Assembly: GCA_964581415.1 (NCBI GenBank)
Contig: CAZOOJ010000001.1
Span: 36,096-100,095 of the forward strand
Length of the DNA stretch: 64,000 bases
Source of the DNA: Candidatus Woesearchaeota archaeon
GTDB taxonomy: Archaea > Nanobdellota > Nanobdellia > Pacearchaeales > GW2011-AR1
Reading direction: 5' to 3'
Shown here: positions 26,605 through 36,958 of the stretch, one piece after another
Position numbering within the stretch: the stretch's first letter is position 1
Layout of the letters: the number at the start of each line of letters is the position of its first letter
Made by a program: the position numbers and the translations under genes
The notes under the pieces: generated by a model
What the model saw: the letters and a program-made list of their open reading frames with translations, nothing else
Databases searched by the model: none
Told to the model about the DNA's origin: nothing

Positions 26605-29277
26605 ATGGATAAAGAAAGTGCAAAATTAGAAGTAGAAGAAATAGTTAGAAAATTTCTCTCTATCCCAAAAAACGAAAGGGATTCTATGCCTGAAGAAAAA
26701 ATAAAGAGTTGGTTTATTGAACCACTATTTGAGGCATTAGGTTGGAATAGGTATGATATGTCTAAAGAAGAAAGGATTTTGAAAGGTAGAGCTGATTATG
26801 TTGTTAGAATAGGAAATCAAGATAAATTAGTAATAGAAGCAAAGAAAACAAATGTTGGATTAAATGAAGAAGAGGGAAGACAAGCTGTTTCTTATGCTCA
26901 CCATAAGAATATCAAGTTTGCAGTTTTAACCAACTTCGCAAGAATAAGGGTTTTTCATGCATTATCAAATATCAAAAATATTGATAAAAATTTATTGAAA
27001 GATAAGACCGACTATTTAAGATTTAATTGTGAGGATTTTGTTAAGGATTTTGATAGATTATGGTTGTTATCAAGAGAGAGTTTTGAGCAAGGAGAAATAA
27101 ACAAACTCCTTGAGAATGTTGATAAAAAACTAATAAAACCTATCGATGAATCAATATTAACAGACTTACTTCAGTATAGAGAATGGCTATCTAAAGATTT
27201 GAAAAGCAAAAGAAGTTATTTAGAAGATTCTCAAATTGATGAGGTTGTTCAGATTTTGATTGATAGATTAATCTTTATGCGTTCTGTTGAGGATAGGGGC
27301 TTAGAAGCAAAAGATTTCTTATTAAAGATTATTAATGATGTTGAAAAAGGTTTTACAGATATGAATCTTTGGGCAGTGTTAAAAGCACAATTCCAAAGAT
27401 TTGATAAAACTTACAACTCAAAATTATTTCAAGATGGAATATTAGAAAAAGAGGGGTTTTTTGATAATAGGGTTCTTGTCAAAGTTATCAAAGGATTATA
27501 TTATGGAACTCAAGACCATCAAGAGAGATATATGTTTGATGAGATTCCTGTTGATTTATTGGGAAGTATCTATGAACAATATTTAGGGATTGTTTTAAGA
27601 GGAACAGAAAAGAGAGTTAAATTAGATTTGTTAAGTAAAAAAAGAAAAAAGATGGGAATATATTATACTCCCTCTTATATTGTGGATTATATTGTAAAAA
27701 ATACAATAGGAGAATATATTAAAAATAAATCTATTGATGAAATTTTAGATATTAAGGTTATAGACCCTGCGTGTGGTTCTGGTTCTTTTTTGATTAGAGC
27801 ATTTCAAGAATTAATAAACATAATTGAAGAGAGATTAAAAAATGGTGAGAAATCTAAAAAATATCAAAATACTTTCAAAGAATGGAAAGGGAAGTTAAGT
27901 TTAGGAGAGAAAACAACAATTTTAACTAATTGTATTTATGGTGTTGATTTGGATGAAAAAGCAGTTGAGTTAGCACAACTTAATTTATTGTTAAAGATAT
28001 TAGAAGAAGAAACAAGAGAAACAAGAAAAAGAGTTTTGCCTACTATGAAGGATAATATCAAGAATGGAAATAGTTTAATCTCTGATTCTCGTTTTGATAA
28101 GGCGTTTAATTGGAATGCTCAATTTCCCAAGATAAAAGAAGGGGGTTTTGATATTGTTATTGGAAATCCACCATATGTTGACTACTCTAAAATCAAAGGA
28201 ACAGATTATTTTAATAAAATTTATGAAAGTTCTAAAGTTAATAATAATGTTGTAAAATATAATTTATTCCAGTTATTCATTGAGAAATCTATAAGACTCT
28301 TAAAGGAAGGTGGAATGTTTGGGTTTATCAATCCAAATACATATTTATCAACTCAAAATGCATTTGCATTGAGGAAATTAATATTAGAAGAAACATCTTT
28401 AAAGAAGATAATTGATGTTTCACATTTAAGAGTTTTCAAAGACGCTTCGACTTATCCTGTAATAACTATTTTCAAAAATGGGAAAGAGAAAAAAAATAAG
28501 TTGGGTGTTGCTGTTATTGATGACGAAAAAGATTTAGTAGAAGAATTAAAATTAAATGAAATAAACCAAGAAGAGTTTGAAAAAGATAAAAAACTTAATT
28601 TTATGATTAGTTCAAACGAAGAAAATAAAGAGATTATGAGAAAGTTAGATTCTTGCGATAAACTAAAAGATTATCAAGAAACTTTTGTTTGGGGTTCTTC
28701 TATTACAGGATTTGCAAAACATAAAGCAAAAGAAAAAGAGAAAGATAAAAAATATTCTCCTGTAATTCAGACAAGAGATATAAAAAAATATTGCATAGAA
28801 TGGAAGGAAGAATATATTGAAAATAAAATTTATTCAGATAAATTAAAAGAATTATTTAAGAAGAAAAAACTTGTTATAGCAAGAGTTACAAAGGGCGTTC
28901 AAGCGACTATTGATAATAAAGGTTATTATGTTGGAAAATCTTCTATTTTAATTCCAAAAGATAAAGATTTATTTGAAATTCTTTTAGCCATCATCAATTC
29001 TAAACTTATTAACTATTATTATAAAATGAAATTTGAAACAACACATATGGCTGGGGGTTACATAAGATTTGATATTCCTTATTTAAAACTATTACCTATT
29101 AAATTGCCTGATGAAAAACAGGCAGAGAAGATAAAAGAATTAGTTAAGAGAATGATGGAATTATGCGAAAAGAAAGACGAGCAACAAATTAAAAATGTTG
29201 ATTATGAAATTAATGAAGAAATTTACAAATTATATGAAATTACAGGTAAGGAAAAGGAAGTTATAGAAAAATCTTAA
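26605..29277 (+). CDS. Type IIG restriction-modification enzyme (endonuclease + N6-adenine MTase + TRD)
   Basis: RADY..VIEAKK nuclease, GIYYTP, DPACGSGSFL, IGNPPY, TaqI_C-like C-terminus (AIINSKLINYYY..LPIK). Confidence 0.93.
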   Translation: MDKESAKLEVEEIVRKFLSIPKNERDSMPEEKIKSWFIEPLFEALGWNRYDMSKEERILKGRADYVVRIGNQDKLVIEAKKTNVGLNEEEGRQAVSYAHHKNIKFAVLTNFARIRVFHALSNIKNIDKNLLKDKTDYLRFNCEDFVKDFDRLWLLSRESFEQGEINKLLENVDKKLIKPIDESILTDLLQYREWLSKDLKSKRSYLEDSQIDEVVQILIDRLIFMRSVEDRGLEAKDFLLKIINDVEKGFTDMNLWAVLKAQFQRFDKTYNSKLFQDGILEKEGFFDNRVLVKVIKGLYYGTQDHQERYMFDEIPVDLLGSIYEQYLGIVLRGTEKRVKLDLLSKKRKKMGIYYTPSYIVDYIVKNTIGEYIKNKSIDEILDIKVIDPACGSGSFLIRAFQELINIIEERLKNGEKSKKYQNTFKEWKGKLSLGEKTTILTNCIYGVDLDEKAVELAQLNLLLKILEEETRETRKRVLPTMKDNIKNGNSLISDSRFDKAFNWNAQFPKIKEGGFDIVIGNPPYVDYSKIKGTDYFNKIYESSKVNNNVVKYNLFQLFIEKSIRLLKEGGMFGFINPNTYLSTQNAFALRKLILEETSLKKIIDVSHLRVFKDASTYPVITIFKNGKEKKNKLGVAVIDDEKDLVEELKLNEINQEEFEKDKKLNFMISSNEENKEIMRKLDSCDKLKDYQETFVWGSSITGFAKHKAKEKEKDKKYSPVIQTRDIKKYCIEWKEEYIENKIYSDKLKELFKKKKLVIARVTKGVQATIDNKGYYVGKSSILIPKDKDLFEILLAIINSKLINYYYKMKFETTHMAGGYIRFDIPYLKLLPIKLPDEKQAEKIKELVKRMMELCEKKDEQQIKNVDYEINEEIYKLYEITGKEKEVIEKS

Positions 29278-29293
29278 TCTTTAATATCTCATA

Positions 29294-29308
29294 GACTTTT
29301 TAAACAGA
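29294..29308 (+). repeat. Sub-terminal 15-bp direct repeat copy 2
   Basis: Identical to 22979-22993. Confidence 0.8.
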
Positions 29309-29329
29309 AGCCCCTATTTAAACAAAGCC

Positions 29330-29338
29330 AAAGCAACC
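29330..29338 (+). repeat. Right target-site duplication (AAAGCAACC)
   Basis: Identical to 22940-22948. Confidence 0.88.
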
Positions 29339-29427
29339 CAAAAATTTATAAACCGAGTTTTATTATCTTTTATTATTATAAAGTTGTTAAAGTTAATGTA
29401 AATTATGTAACTTTATACCCCTCCAGA

Positions 29428-29634
29428 ATGCATATTTTTCAATCAAAACATGTAAGATTAAACAAAAAAGAATCTGAAAAAATTCTTAGAGAATTAAATA
29501 TATCAAAAGTACAATTGCCAAAGATTTCTTTAAAAGATTCAGCTTTACCTGAAGGATGTGAAAGAGGAGACATAATTCAGATAGAAAGAAAGGATGATGG
29601 TAAAATATTTCCTTATTTTAGAGTAGTTGTGTAA
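29428..29634 (+). CDS. rpo5: RNA polymerase subunit Rpo5 (H)
   Basis: SKHVRL, QLPKISLKD, GDIIQIER, YFRVVV; precedes rpoB. Confidence 0.93.
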   Translation: MHIFQSKHVRLNKKESEKILRELNISKVQLPKISLKDSALPEGCERGDIIQIERKDDGKIFPYFRVVV

Positions 29635-29635
29635 A

Positions 29636-32600
29636 ATGAAGAACCATTTAATTATGAAAAATTATTTAGAGAATCATTCTTTAGTAGAATCTAACATAAC
29701 TTCTTTTAATAATTTCATTAAATATAAAATGCAGGAAATTGTAGACGAAGTTTCAAAAAATATTTCTGATGAAAACTTTGAAATTAATTTAGGAAAAATA
29801 AAAGTAGGAAAACCTGATGTGACTGAAGCTGATGGAAGCAATTCTTTAATAATGCCTTATGAGGCAAAGTTAAGAAATCTTACTTATTCTGCTCCCATAA
29901 GTTTAGAGATAACTGTAAAAAAAGATGATCAAGTGGATTCTGAACTTGTAGAGATTGGAAGAATTCCAATAATGGTTAGAAGTAAAAACTGCAATACTAA
30001 TGAAATGTCTGAAGAAGATTTAATAAAAAATTATAATGACCCTCTTGATCCTGGAGGATATTTTATAATTAAAGGAAATGAAAGAGTGATGGTTATGGCA
30101 GAAGACTTAGCAGAAAATCAGCCTTTTATAGAAAAAGATTCTAAAGGAGAAATTAATCTAAAATTATTTTCTTTAAAAGGAACATATAGAATACCTACTT
30201 TAATTTCAGAAGATAAAGAGGGAATTTTTGAACTTTCTTTTAGTAGATTTAAGAATATTCCTGCAGTGATAATCTTAAAAGCTTTGGGATTAGAAAAAGA
30301 ATCAGATATCGCGAAATATATTGGAGAAGAAACAGATAGCCTGATAATCAATCTCTATGAATTTGTTAATTTAGCAAAATCAGAAGATGCTCTCATGCAT
30401 ATTGCTGAAAAAGCGAATTTACAAGGAACTAAAAAGGAAATTTTAGATAGAGTAAAACAAAGAATTGATTCATATCTTCTTCCGCATATAGGGCAAAAAG
30501 AAGAAGACAGAATTAAAAAAGCAATAACTCTATGCAAACTAATAAAACAATTTTTAATATCTAAAAAAAATCCTAAATTAAGAACAGATAAAGACCATTA
30601 TGCTAACAAGAGAGTTCGACTTTCAGGAGATTTGTTATCAACTCTCTTTAGAGTTAATCTTGGAATTTTAATAAGAGATATACAATATTCTTTACAAAAA
30701 TCCTCAAAGAGAAGAAAGTTCTTTTCAATAAAAATAATTGCTAAATCAACATTATTTAGTCATAGAGTTGAATCTGCTATTGCTACAGGTTCATGGACAG
30801 GAGAGAGAAGCGGTGTTACTCAGAATATGCAAAAAACAAATTACCTTGACACAATTTCACAATTGCAGAGAGTTTCAAGTATGCTTCCTTCAGATCAGGA
30901 AAATTTTTTAGCAAGAACACTGCATCCTACACATTATGGAAGATTTTGTCCTATTGAAACTCCTGAAGGAACTGAGATTGGACTAAGAAAAAATCTTTCA
31001 ATATTAAGCAGAGTTTCTACGAGAATTCTTTTAGATGAAGATAAATTTCTAAGAGAATTAAAAGATTATGGTTTAGAAGAAGAAATGATTGAAGGAGATG
31101 AAGTTTTTTTCAATGGAAGATATATAGGAAATGTAAAAGATTCTAATGGATTTGTGGACAAAATAAAAGAAAAAAGAAGAGATAACAGACTACCCTCTCA
31201 GATGAATATAAAAAAGGATGAAAATTCACAAATGATTATTATTTCTACAGAACCAGGAAGAGTTTTAAGACCTTTAATAATTGTTGAAAATGGAAAGCCA
31301 AGACTAAATTCAGAACATTTGATAAAAGTGGAGCAAAAAGAATTAAAATGGGAGGATTTAGTTAAAAAAGGAATAATAGAATATTTAGATGCTGCTGAAG
31401 AAGAAAATTCCTTAGTAGCTTTATATGAAGAAGAAATAAACTCAGATTCTACGCATCTTGAAATTGATTCAACAGATCTTTTTGGAATTGTGACTTCTTT
31501 GGTTTCTTATGGAAATCATGATCAAAGTTCAAGATTAAATCGAGGAAGTAAAACACAAAAACAGGCTCTAGGAATTTATTCAGCTAACTATCATGTAAGA
31601 CTTGACACAGATGTTTCAATATTGCAGTATCCACAAAGACCCATAGTCAGAAGCTTTGTTTATGATACTCTAAAAACTTATCCTGCTGGACAGAATCTCG
31701 TTGTCGCTATTATGAGTTATGAGGGATATAATATGGAAGACGCTCTTGTGTTTAATAAAGGAAGTGTCGAAAGAGGTGTTGGAAGAAGTTTTTATTTTCG
31801 TCCTTATAGTGCTATTGAAATAAAATATGTAGGAGGGTTAAAAGACGAAATTGCTATTCTTGAAAAAGATGTTTCAGGATATAAAATAGAAGAGAATTAC
31901 AAATTTTTAGAAGATGATGGAATTGTCTATCCAGAAGCAGAAATTAATGAAGGAGAAGTGTTAATAGGAAAAATGTCTCCTCCTAAATTTTTATCAGAAG
32001 CGAGGGAAATTTCAATAAAAACAAAAAAAGATTCCAGTGTTACGATGAGACAGGAAGAAAAGGGAACTGTTGACGCTGTTTTTATAACTGAAGATGATGA
32101 AGGAAATAAAGTTGTTCAAGTTAGAACAAGAGATTTAAGAATTCCTGAAATAGGAGATAAATTTGCCACATCTCATGGACAAAAAGGTGTTATAGGAAGA
32201 ATCGCTCCTGAAGAAGATATTCCTTTTACATCAAACGGAGTTCGTCCTGATGTTATATTCAATCCACACAGTCTTCCAAGTAGAATGACAATAGGATATC
32301 TTTTAGAATTATTAGCTGGAAAAGTTGGTTCATTAAAAGGAGAAATCATGGATGGAACTCCTTTCTCAGGAGTCAGTAAGAAAGAATTAGAAAATCATCT
32401 TAGAGAATTAGGATTAAGATACGATGGAAAAGAAGTTATGTATAATGGAATTACAGGAAAAAAAATGAAGGCTAAAATATTCGTAGGAGATTTATATTAT
32501 TTAAAATTAAAATATATGGTTGCAAACAAGATTCATGGAAGAGCTTCAGGAAAAGTAGCTTTATTGACGAGACAGCCAATTGAAGGAAGATCAAGAGGAG

Positions 32601-32884
32601 GAGCATTGAGACTTGGAGAAATGGAACAACAAGCATTAGTTGCTCATGGTGCTTCTTTATTATTAAAAGAGAGATATGATTCTGATAAAATTACTCTTCC
32701 AATCTGTACAAAGTGCGGAGCTATTGGAATTAACGACACTATAAAAAATAAAGTTAGATGTCCTATATGTGGAAGTGAAGAGATAGAATTTATAGAAGTT
32801 TCATATGCATTTAAATTGCTTTTAGAAGAACTACAGGGATTACACATCTCTACAAATTTTAAATTAAAAAATAAATATGAATAA
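29636..32884 (+). CDS. rpo2: RNA polymerase subunit Rpo2 (B), unsplit
   Basis: DPGGYFII, CPIETPEG, GDKFATSHGQKG, LRLGEME. Confidence 0.98.
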   Translation: MKNHLIMKNYLENHSLVESNITSFNNFIKYKMQEIVDEVSKNISDENFEINLGKIKVGKPDVTEADGSNSLIMPYEAKLRNLTYSAPISLEITVKKDDQVDSELVEIGRIPIMVRSKNCNTNEMSEEDLIKNYNDPLDPGGYFIIKGNERVMVMAEDLAENQPFIEKDSKGEINLKLFSLKGTYRIPTLISEDKEGIFELSFSRFKNIPAVIILKALGLEKESDIAKYIGEETDSLIINLYEFVNLAKSEDALMHIAEKANLQGTKKEILDRVKQRIDSYLLPHIGQKEEDRIKKAITLCKLIKQFLISKKNPKLRTDKDHYANKRVRLSGDLLSTLFRVNLGILIRDIQYSLQKSSKRRKFFSIKIIAKSTLFSHRVESAIATGSWTGERSGVTQNMQKTNYLDTISQLQRVSSMLPSDQENFLARTLHPTHYGRFCPIETPEGTEIGLRKNLSILSRVSTRILLDEDKFLRELKDYGLEEEMIEGDEVFFNGRYIGNVKDSNGFVDKIKEKRRDNRLPSQMNIKKDENSQMIIISTEPGRVLRPLIIVENGKPRLNSEHLIKVEQKELKWEDLVKKGIIEYLDAAEEENSLVALYEEEINSDSTHLEIDSTDLFGIVTSLVSYGNHDQSSRLNRGSKTQKQALGIYSANYHVRLDTDVSILQYPQRPIVRSFVYDTLKTYPAGQNLVVAIMSYEGYNMEDALVFNKGSVERGVGRSFYFRPYSAIEIKYVGGLKDEIAILEKDVSGYKIEENYKFLEDDGIVYPEAEINEGEVLIGKMSPPKFLSEAREISIKTKKDSSVTMRQEEKGTVDAVFITEDDEGNKVVQVRTRDLRIPEIGDKFATSHGQKGVIGRIAPEEDIPFTSNGVRPDVIFNPHSLPSRMTIGYLLELLAGKVGSLKGEIMDGTPFSGVSKKELENHLRELGLRYDGKEVMYNGITGKKMKAKIFVGDLYYLKLKYMVANKIHGRASGKVALLTRQPIEGRSRGGALRLGEMEQQALVAHGASLLLKERYDSDKITLPICTKCGAIGINDTIKNKVRCPICGSEEIEFIEVSYAFKLLLEELQGLHISTNFKLKNKYE

Positions 32885-32886
32885 AA

Positions 32887-35800
32887 ATGGCTCAGGAAAT
32901 AATTCGTAAAAAAATTGGAGAAGTGGGATTTACTTTAATTAATCCTGAACAGATTAAAAAATTATCAGCTGCAAAGATTGTAACTCCAGAACTCTATAAT
33001 ATAGATGGTTATCCTGTTGACGGAGGATTAATGGATTTGCGATTAGGAGTAATTGACCCTGGACTAAGGTGCAGAACTTGCGGAGGAAGATTAAAAGAAT
33101 GTCTAGGACATCCAGGAAGTATAGATTTAGCAAGACCAGTAATTCATCTTAAATATGTTCCTCTAATTGAATTAGGATTGAGATGTTTTTGTAAAGAATG
33201 TGGAAAGCTTATGCTTTCAGATAAAGATTTAGAAAAATATTTCCCAAGTGAAAGAGCAAAAAAGGCAAAAGATTCAAAAAAATGTCCTCATTGTGGAGCT
33301 CTTCAAGATAAAATTAAAATAATGAAACCAACAAGTTTTTATGTAGGAAAAATGAGACTTTTTCCAACTCAGATAAGAGAAAAACTCGTTAATATTCCTG
33401 ATGAAGAACTTAAAAAAATAGGAATAAACGCAAAAAGTTGCAGACCTGAATGGGCTATTTTAACTTCTCTTTTAGTTCCTCCTGTAACTATCCGTCCAAG
33501 CATTATTTTAGAAAGTGGAGAGAGAAGCGAAGATGACTTAACACATAAACTCTCTGATATAATAAGAGCAAATCAGAGATTATGGGAAAATCTTAATGCA
33601 GGAGCTCCTGAAGTGATTATTGAAGATTTATGGGATTTATTACAATTTCATATTACAACTTTTTTTGATAATGCTGTTACGAGAATTCCTCCAGCAAGAC
33701 ATAGAAGCGGACAACCATTGAAGACAATAACAGAAAGAATTAAAGGAAAAGAAGGAAGAATTCGAAAAAATTTAGCAGGAAAAAGAGTAAATTATTCTGC
33801 AAGAACTGTAATCTCTCCAGATACTCATATAGAAATAAATGAGGTAGGAGTTCCTTATGAAATAGCAAAGATAGTTACAGTCTCTGAAACAGTTAATGAT
33901 ATTAATATCAAAAAACTAAAAGAGTTAATAAAAAGAGGGCAGAATTATCCTGGTGCGAATTATATAATAAGGCCAGACGGAAAAAGAAAAAAAATAACAT
34001 CAGATCTCAAAGAAGAAATCATAAGCGAACTTTCTCCAGATTACAAAGTTGAAAGGCATCTACAAGAAGGAGATGTTGTTTTATTTAATCGTCATCCTTC
34101 TTTACATCGTGGAAGTCTCATGGCTCATTTTGTAAAAATTCTTCCGGGAAGAACTTTTAGATTACATCCTGCTGTATGCACTTCTTATAACGCTGATTTT
34201 GATGGTGACGAAATGAATATACATTCTCCACAAACAGAAGAAGCAAGAACTGAAGCAAAAATTCTTCTAGATGTTAAAAATAATTTAATGTCTCCAAAAA
34301 ATAATGTAAATTTAATAGGAAATATAAAAGACAGCATAACTGGAGGTTATCTTCTTGGAATTAATGAATTTTCAAAAGAAGAAGCAGACCAAATATTATA
34401 TCATTCAGGAATAGATTATAATATCTCAAAAAAGAGTGTATCTGGATTAGAAATTTTTTCAAGTATTCTTCCAAAAATAAATTTTTCAAACAAAACAATA
34501 GAAATAAAAGAAGGAAAGATTATAAAAGGAATAATAAACAAAAGTTTATTTGGAGTAGAGGAAGGAGAATTCATCAAAGAACTCGATAAGAAATTTGGCA
34601 GAAACAAAACATTTGATATAATAAAGAAAGCATTTGATTTAGGAACAAATTATATTTCTGATAGAGGCATGACAATAGCTTTAGAAGATTTTGATTTGGA
34701 CGAATCTGTGATTAAAGAAGGAGAAAAAATTATAAAAGAATCTGAGAAAAAAACAGAAGAAGTTATTAAATCTTATGAAGAAAGCACTATAAATGTTATT
34801 CCTGGAAAAACTGCAGAAGAATCAAGAGAAATAAAGATTCTAAAAATATTAAATGAAGTAAGAACAAAAATTGGAGATATAGTTAAAGAAAAATTTCCTA
34901 AAGAAAATCCTGTTAGTCATATGATGGCTTCTGGAGGCGGAGGAAAAATTTTGAATATAACGCAGATGGCTAATTGTGTTGGGCAACAACAATTAGGAGG
35001 AAGAAGAATTGATTTTGGTTATACTAATAGAACATTATCTTTTTTTAGAAAAGGGGATTTGTCTCCAAAATCAAGAGGATTTATATATAGTTCATTTATA
35101 AAAGGTTTAAGACCTGATGAATTTTTCTTTGGAGCTGTAACTGGAAGAGATTCTTTAATGGATACTGCACTAAGAACTCCAAAATCAGGATATCTATACA
35201 GAAGGCTATCAAATGCTCTTCAGGATTTGAGAGTTGAATATGATAGAACAGTAAGAAATAGTAACAATGGTGTAATACAATTTAAATATGGAGAGGATGA
35301 ATTAGATGTTTCAGAACTTCATACTCAAAGCAAAATAGAGCCTGGAAGTGCTATAGGAATATTGACAGCACAATCTTTTGGAGAACCTTCAACACAGATG
35401 ATTATGAGAACTTTTCATATGGCTGGTGTTGCTGAAATGCAGGTAACTATGGGGCTTCCAAGACTTATAGAAATTTTTGATGCAAGAAAAAAACCTTCTT
35501 CTCCAAAAATGGAGATTTATCTTAATAAAGAATATGATAATGAAAAAGATGCAAAGGTATTTGCTGAAAGAATAAAGGAAGTTCCTTTAAAAGATATTGC
35601 AGATGAAATTAATATAAATTTCGGTGATAGAAAAATAGAGATTAAAATAAATAAAAAAGCATTAAAAAGAGTGCATATAGGTATAGATAAAATTTTAGAA
35701 AAATTACAAAATTCTGGTTTTAAAATAAAAGAAAAAGAGAACACAATAACTATTAATACAGGAAAACTTGACTTTAAACAAATTTATAAATTAAAAGAAA

Positions 35801-36372
35801 AACTCAAAAAAACTGTAATCTCAGGAATTAAAGGAATAGAACAAATTTTAGTTGTAAAAAAAGAAAATAATTTTATTATTATGACTTTAGGAACAAATTT
35901 GGAAGAGACTATGAAATTTAAAGAGGTTAATAAAAATAAAATAACCTCAAATGATTTGCATGAAGTTGCTGAAGTTTTTGGAATAGAAGCAGCAAGGCAT
36001 TCAATAATCAATGAGGTTAAAGATGTTCTAAAAACTCAGGGATTGGATGTTGATATGAGGCATCTTAAACTTATATCAGATGCTATGACAAATACAGGAG
36101 AAGTTAAAGGAGTTACAAGAATGGGTATTATTGCTCAAAAATCTTCAATATTAGCAAAAGCAACTTTTGAAACACCTGTAAAACAATTTGTTAATTCTAC
36201 ATTAAAAGGAAGCAAAGACAATCTTTCAAGTGTCATAGAAAATATAATTGTCAATCAGCCTGTTCCTGTTGGAACAGGATTGCCAGGATTGTTAGTTAAG
36301 GTAATAGGGCCTTTAAGCACGAAAAATAAAAAAATCGCAGAGAAAAAAATAGTAGAAGAAGTTAATAGATGA
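32887..36372 (+). CDS. rpo1: RNA polymerase subunit Rpo1, fused A'+A''
   Basis: NADFDGDEMN, TPKSGYLYRR followed in frame by AQSFGEPSTQM and ATFETP..PVGTG. Confidence 0.97.
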   Translation: MAQEIIRKKIGEVGFTLINPEQIKKLSAAKIVTPELYNIDGYPVDGGLMDLRLGVIDPGLRCRTCGGRLKECLGHPGSIDLARPVIHLKYVPLIELGLRCFCKECGKLMLSDKDLEKYFPSERAKKAKDSKKCPHCGALQDKIKIMKPTSFYVGKMRLFPTQIREKLVNIPDEELKKIGINAKSCRPEWAILTSLLVPPVTIRPSIILESGERSEDDLTHKLSDIIRANQRLWENLNAGAPEVIIEDLWDLLQFHITTFFDNAVTRIPPARHRSGQPLKTITERIKGKEGRIRKNLAGKRVNYSARTVISPDTHIEINEVGVPYEIAKIVTVSETVNDINIKKLKELIKRGQNYPGANYIIRPDGKRKKITSDLKEEIISELSPDYKVERHLQEGDVVLFNRHPSLHRGSLMAHFVKILPGRTFRLHPAVCTSYNADFDGDEMNIHSPQTEEARTEAKILLDVKNNLMSPKNNVNLIGNIKDSITGGYLLGINEFSKEEADQILYHSGIDYNISKKSVSGLEIFSSILPKINFSNKTIEIKEGKIIKGIINKSLFGVEEGEFIKELDKKFGRNKTFDIIKKAFDLGTNYISDRGMTIALEDFDLDESVIKEGEKIIKESEKKTEEVIKSYEESTINVIPGKTAEESREIKILKILNEVRTKIGDIVKEKFPKENPVSHMMASGGGGKILNITQMANCVGQQQLGGRRIDFGYTNRTLSFFRKGDLSPKSRGFIYSSFIKGLRPDEFFFGAVTGRDSLMDTALRTPKSGYLYRRLSNALQDLRVEYDRTVRNSNNGVIQFKYGEDELDVSELHTQSKIEPGSAIGILTAQSFGEPSTQMIMRTFHMAGVAEMQVTMGLPRLIEIFDARKKPSSPKMEIYLNKEYDNEKDAKVFAERIKEVPLKDIADEININFGDRKIEIKINKKALKRVHIGIDKILEKLQNSGFKIKEKENTITINTGKLDFKQIYKLKEKLKKTVISGIKGIEQILVVKKENNFIIMTLGTNLEETMKFKEVNKNKITSNDLHEVAEVFGIEAARHSIINEVKDVLKTQGLDVDMRHLKLISDAMTNTGEVKGVTRMGIIAQKSSILAKATFETPVKQFVNSTLKGSKDNLSSVIENIIVNQPVPVGTGLPGLLVKVIGPLSTKNKKIAEKKIVEEVNR

Positions 36373-36452
36373 AAAAAAATTTAAAGAAATTTTTTAATTA
36401 AAATTTTTAAAGAAAGTTTTATAAACAAGATACTTCTAAAAAATTTATAAAA

Positions 36453-36869
36453 ATGGTGAATACTATTGATATGCAAGACATGAGATATCTAAATTTATTT
36501 GGAAAAATCACAAGAGTAAATACGAGATTCTGTTTTAAATATAACGGAGCTTTAATTTATTGTGTTCCAAAATCATTAATTCAAAAAGCAGTTGGAGAAA
36601 ACGGAAAGAATATCAAGCAGATTGGAAAGATACTTGGAACAAGGATTAAAATTATTCCAAAACCAAGAGGAGTTCAGGATTTAGAAGATTTTATGAAATT
36701 GATAATAAGTCCTGTTAATTTTAGAGATATGGAAATAAGAGACAAAGAAGTAATAGTAAATGCAGGAGCACAGAACAAAGCCGCATTAATAGGAAGAAAC
36801 AAAAGAAGATTTTTTGAGATGCAGAAAATAATTAGAAATTTTTTTGGAAGAGAGTTTAGAATTATTTGA
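36453..36869 (+). CDS. nusA: Archaeal NusA
   Basis: KH motifs AVGENGKNIK, ALIGRNKR; synteny. Confidence 0.9.
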   Translation: MVNTIDMQDMRYLNLFGKITRVNTRFCFKYNGALIYCVPKSLIQKAVGENGKNIKQIGKILGTRIKIIPKPRGVQDLEDFMKLIISPVNFRDMEIRDKEVIVNAGAQNKAALIGRNKRRFFEMQKIIRNFFGREFRII

Positions 36870-36958
36870 ATATGAGAATTACTTATCTTAAAATTTAAAT
36901 TAAAATCAGTTTTATCATTAACAACAACTTTTAAAAACTAATTTTATTCTTAATTATT

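Larger units (their letters stand above)
22949..29329. mobile_element. 6381-bp cargo-carrying DDE transposon with IS903-like ends
   Basis: TIR GGCTTTGTTTAA (22949-22960) / TTAAACAAAGCC (29318-29329), 9-bp TSD, internal DDE transposase. Confidence 0.88.

Noticed and set aside
22762..29340. tRNA-Lys-targeted integrative element (attL/attR)
   Set aside because: No integrase and no duplicated tRNA 3' end seen; boundaries are explained by TIRs plus a 9-bp TSD about 100 bp from the tRNA.
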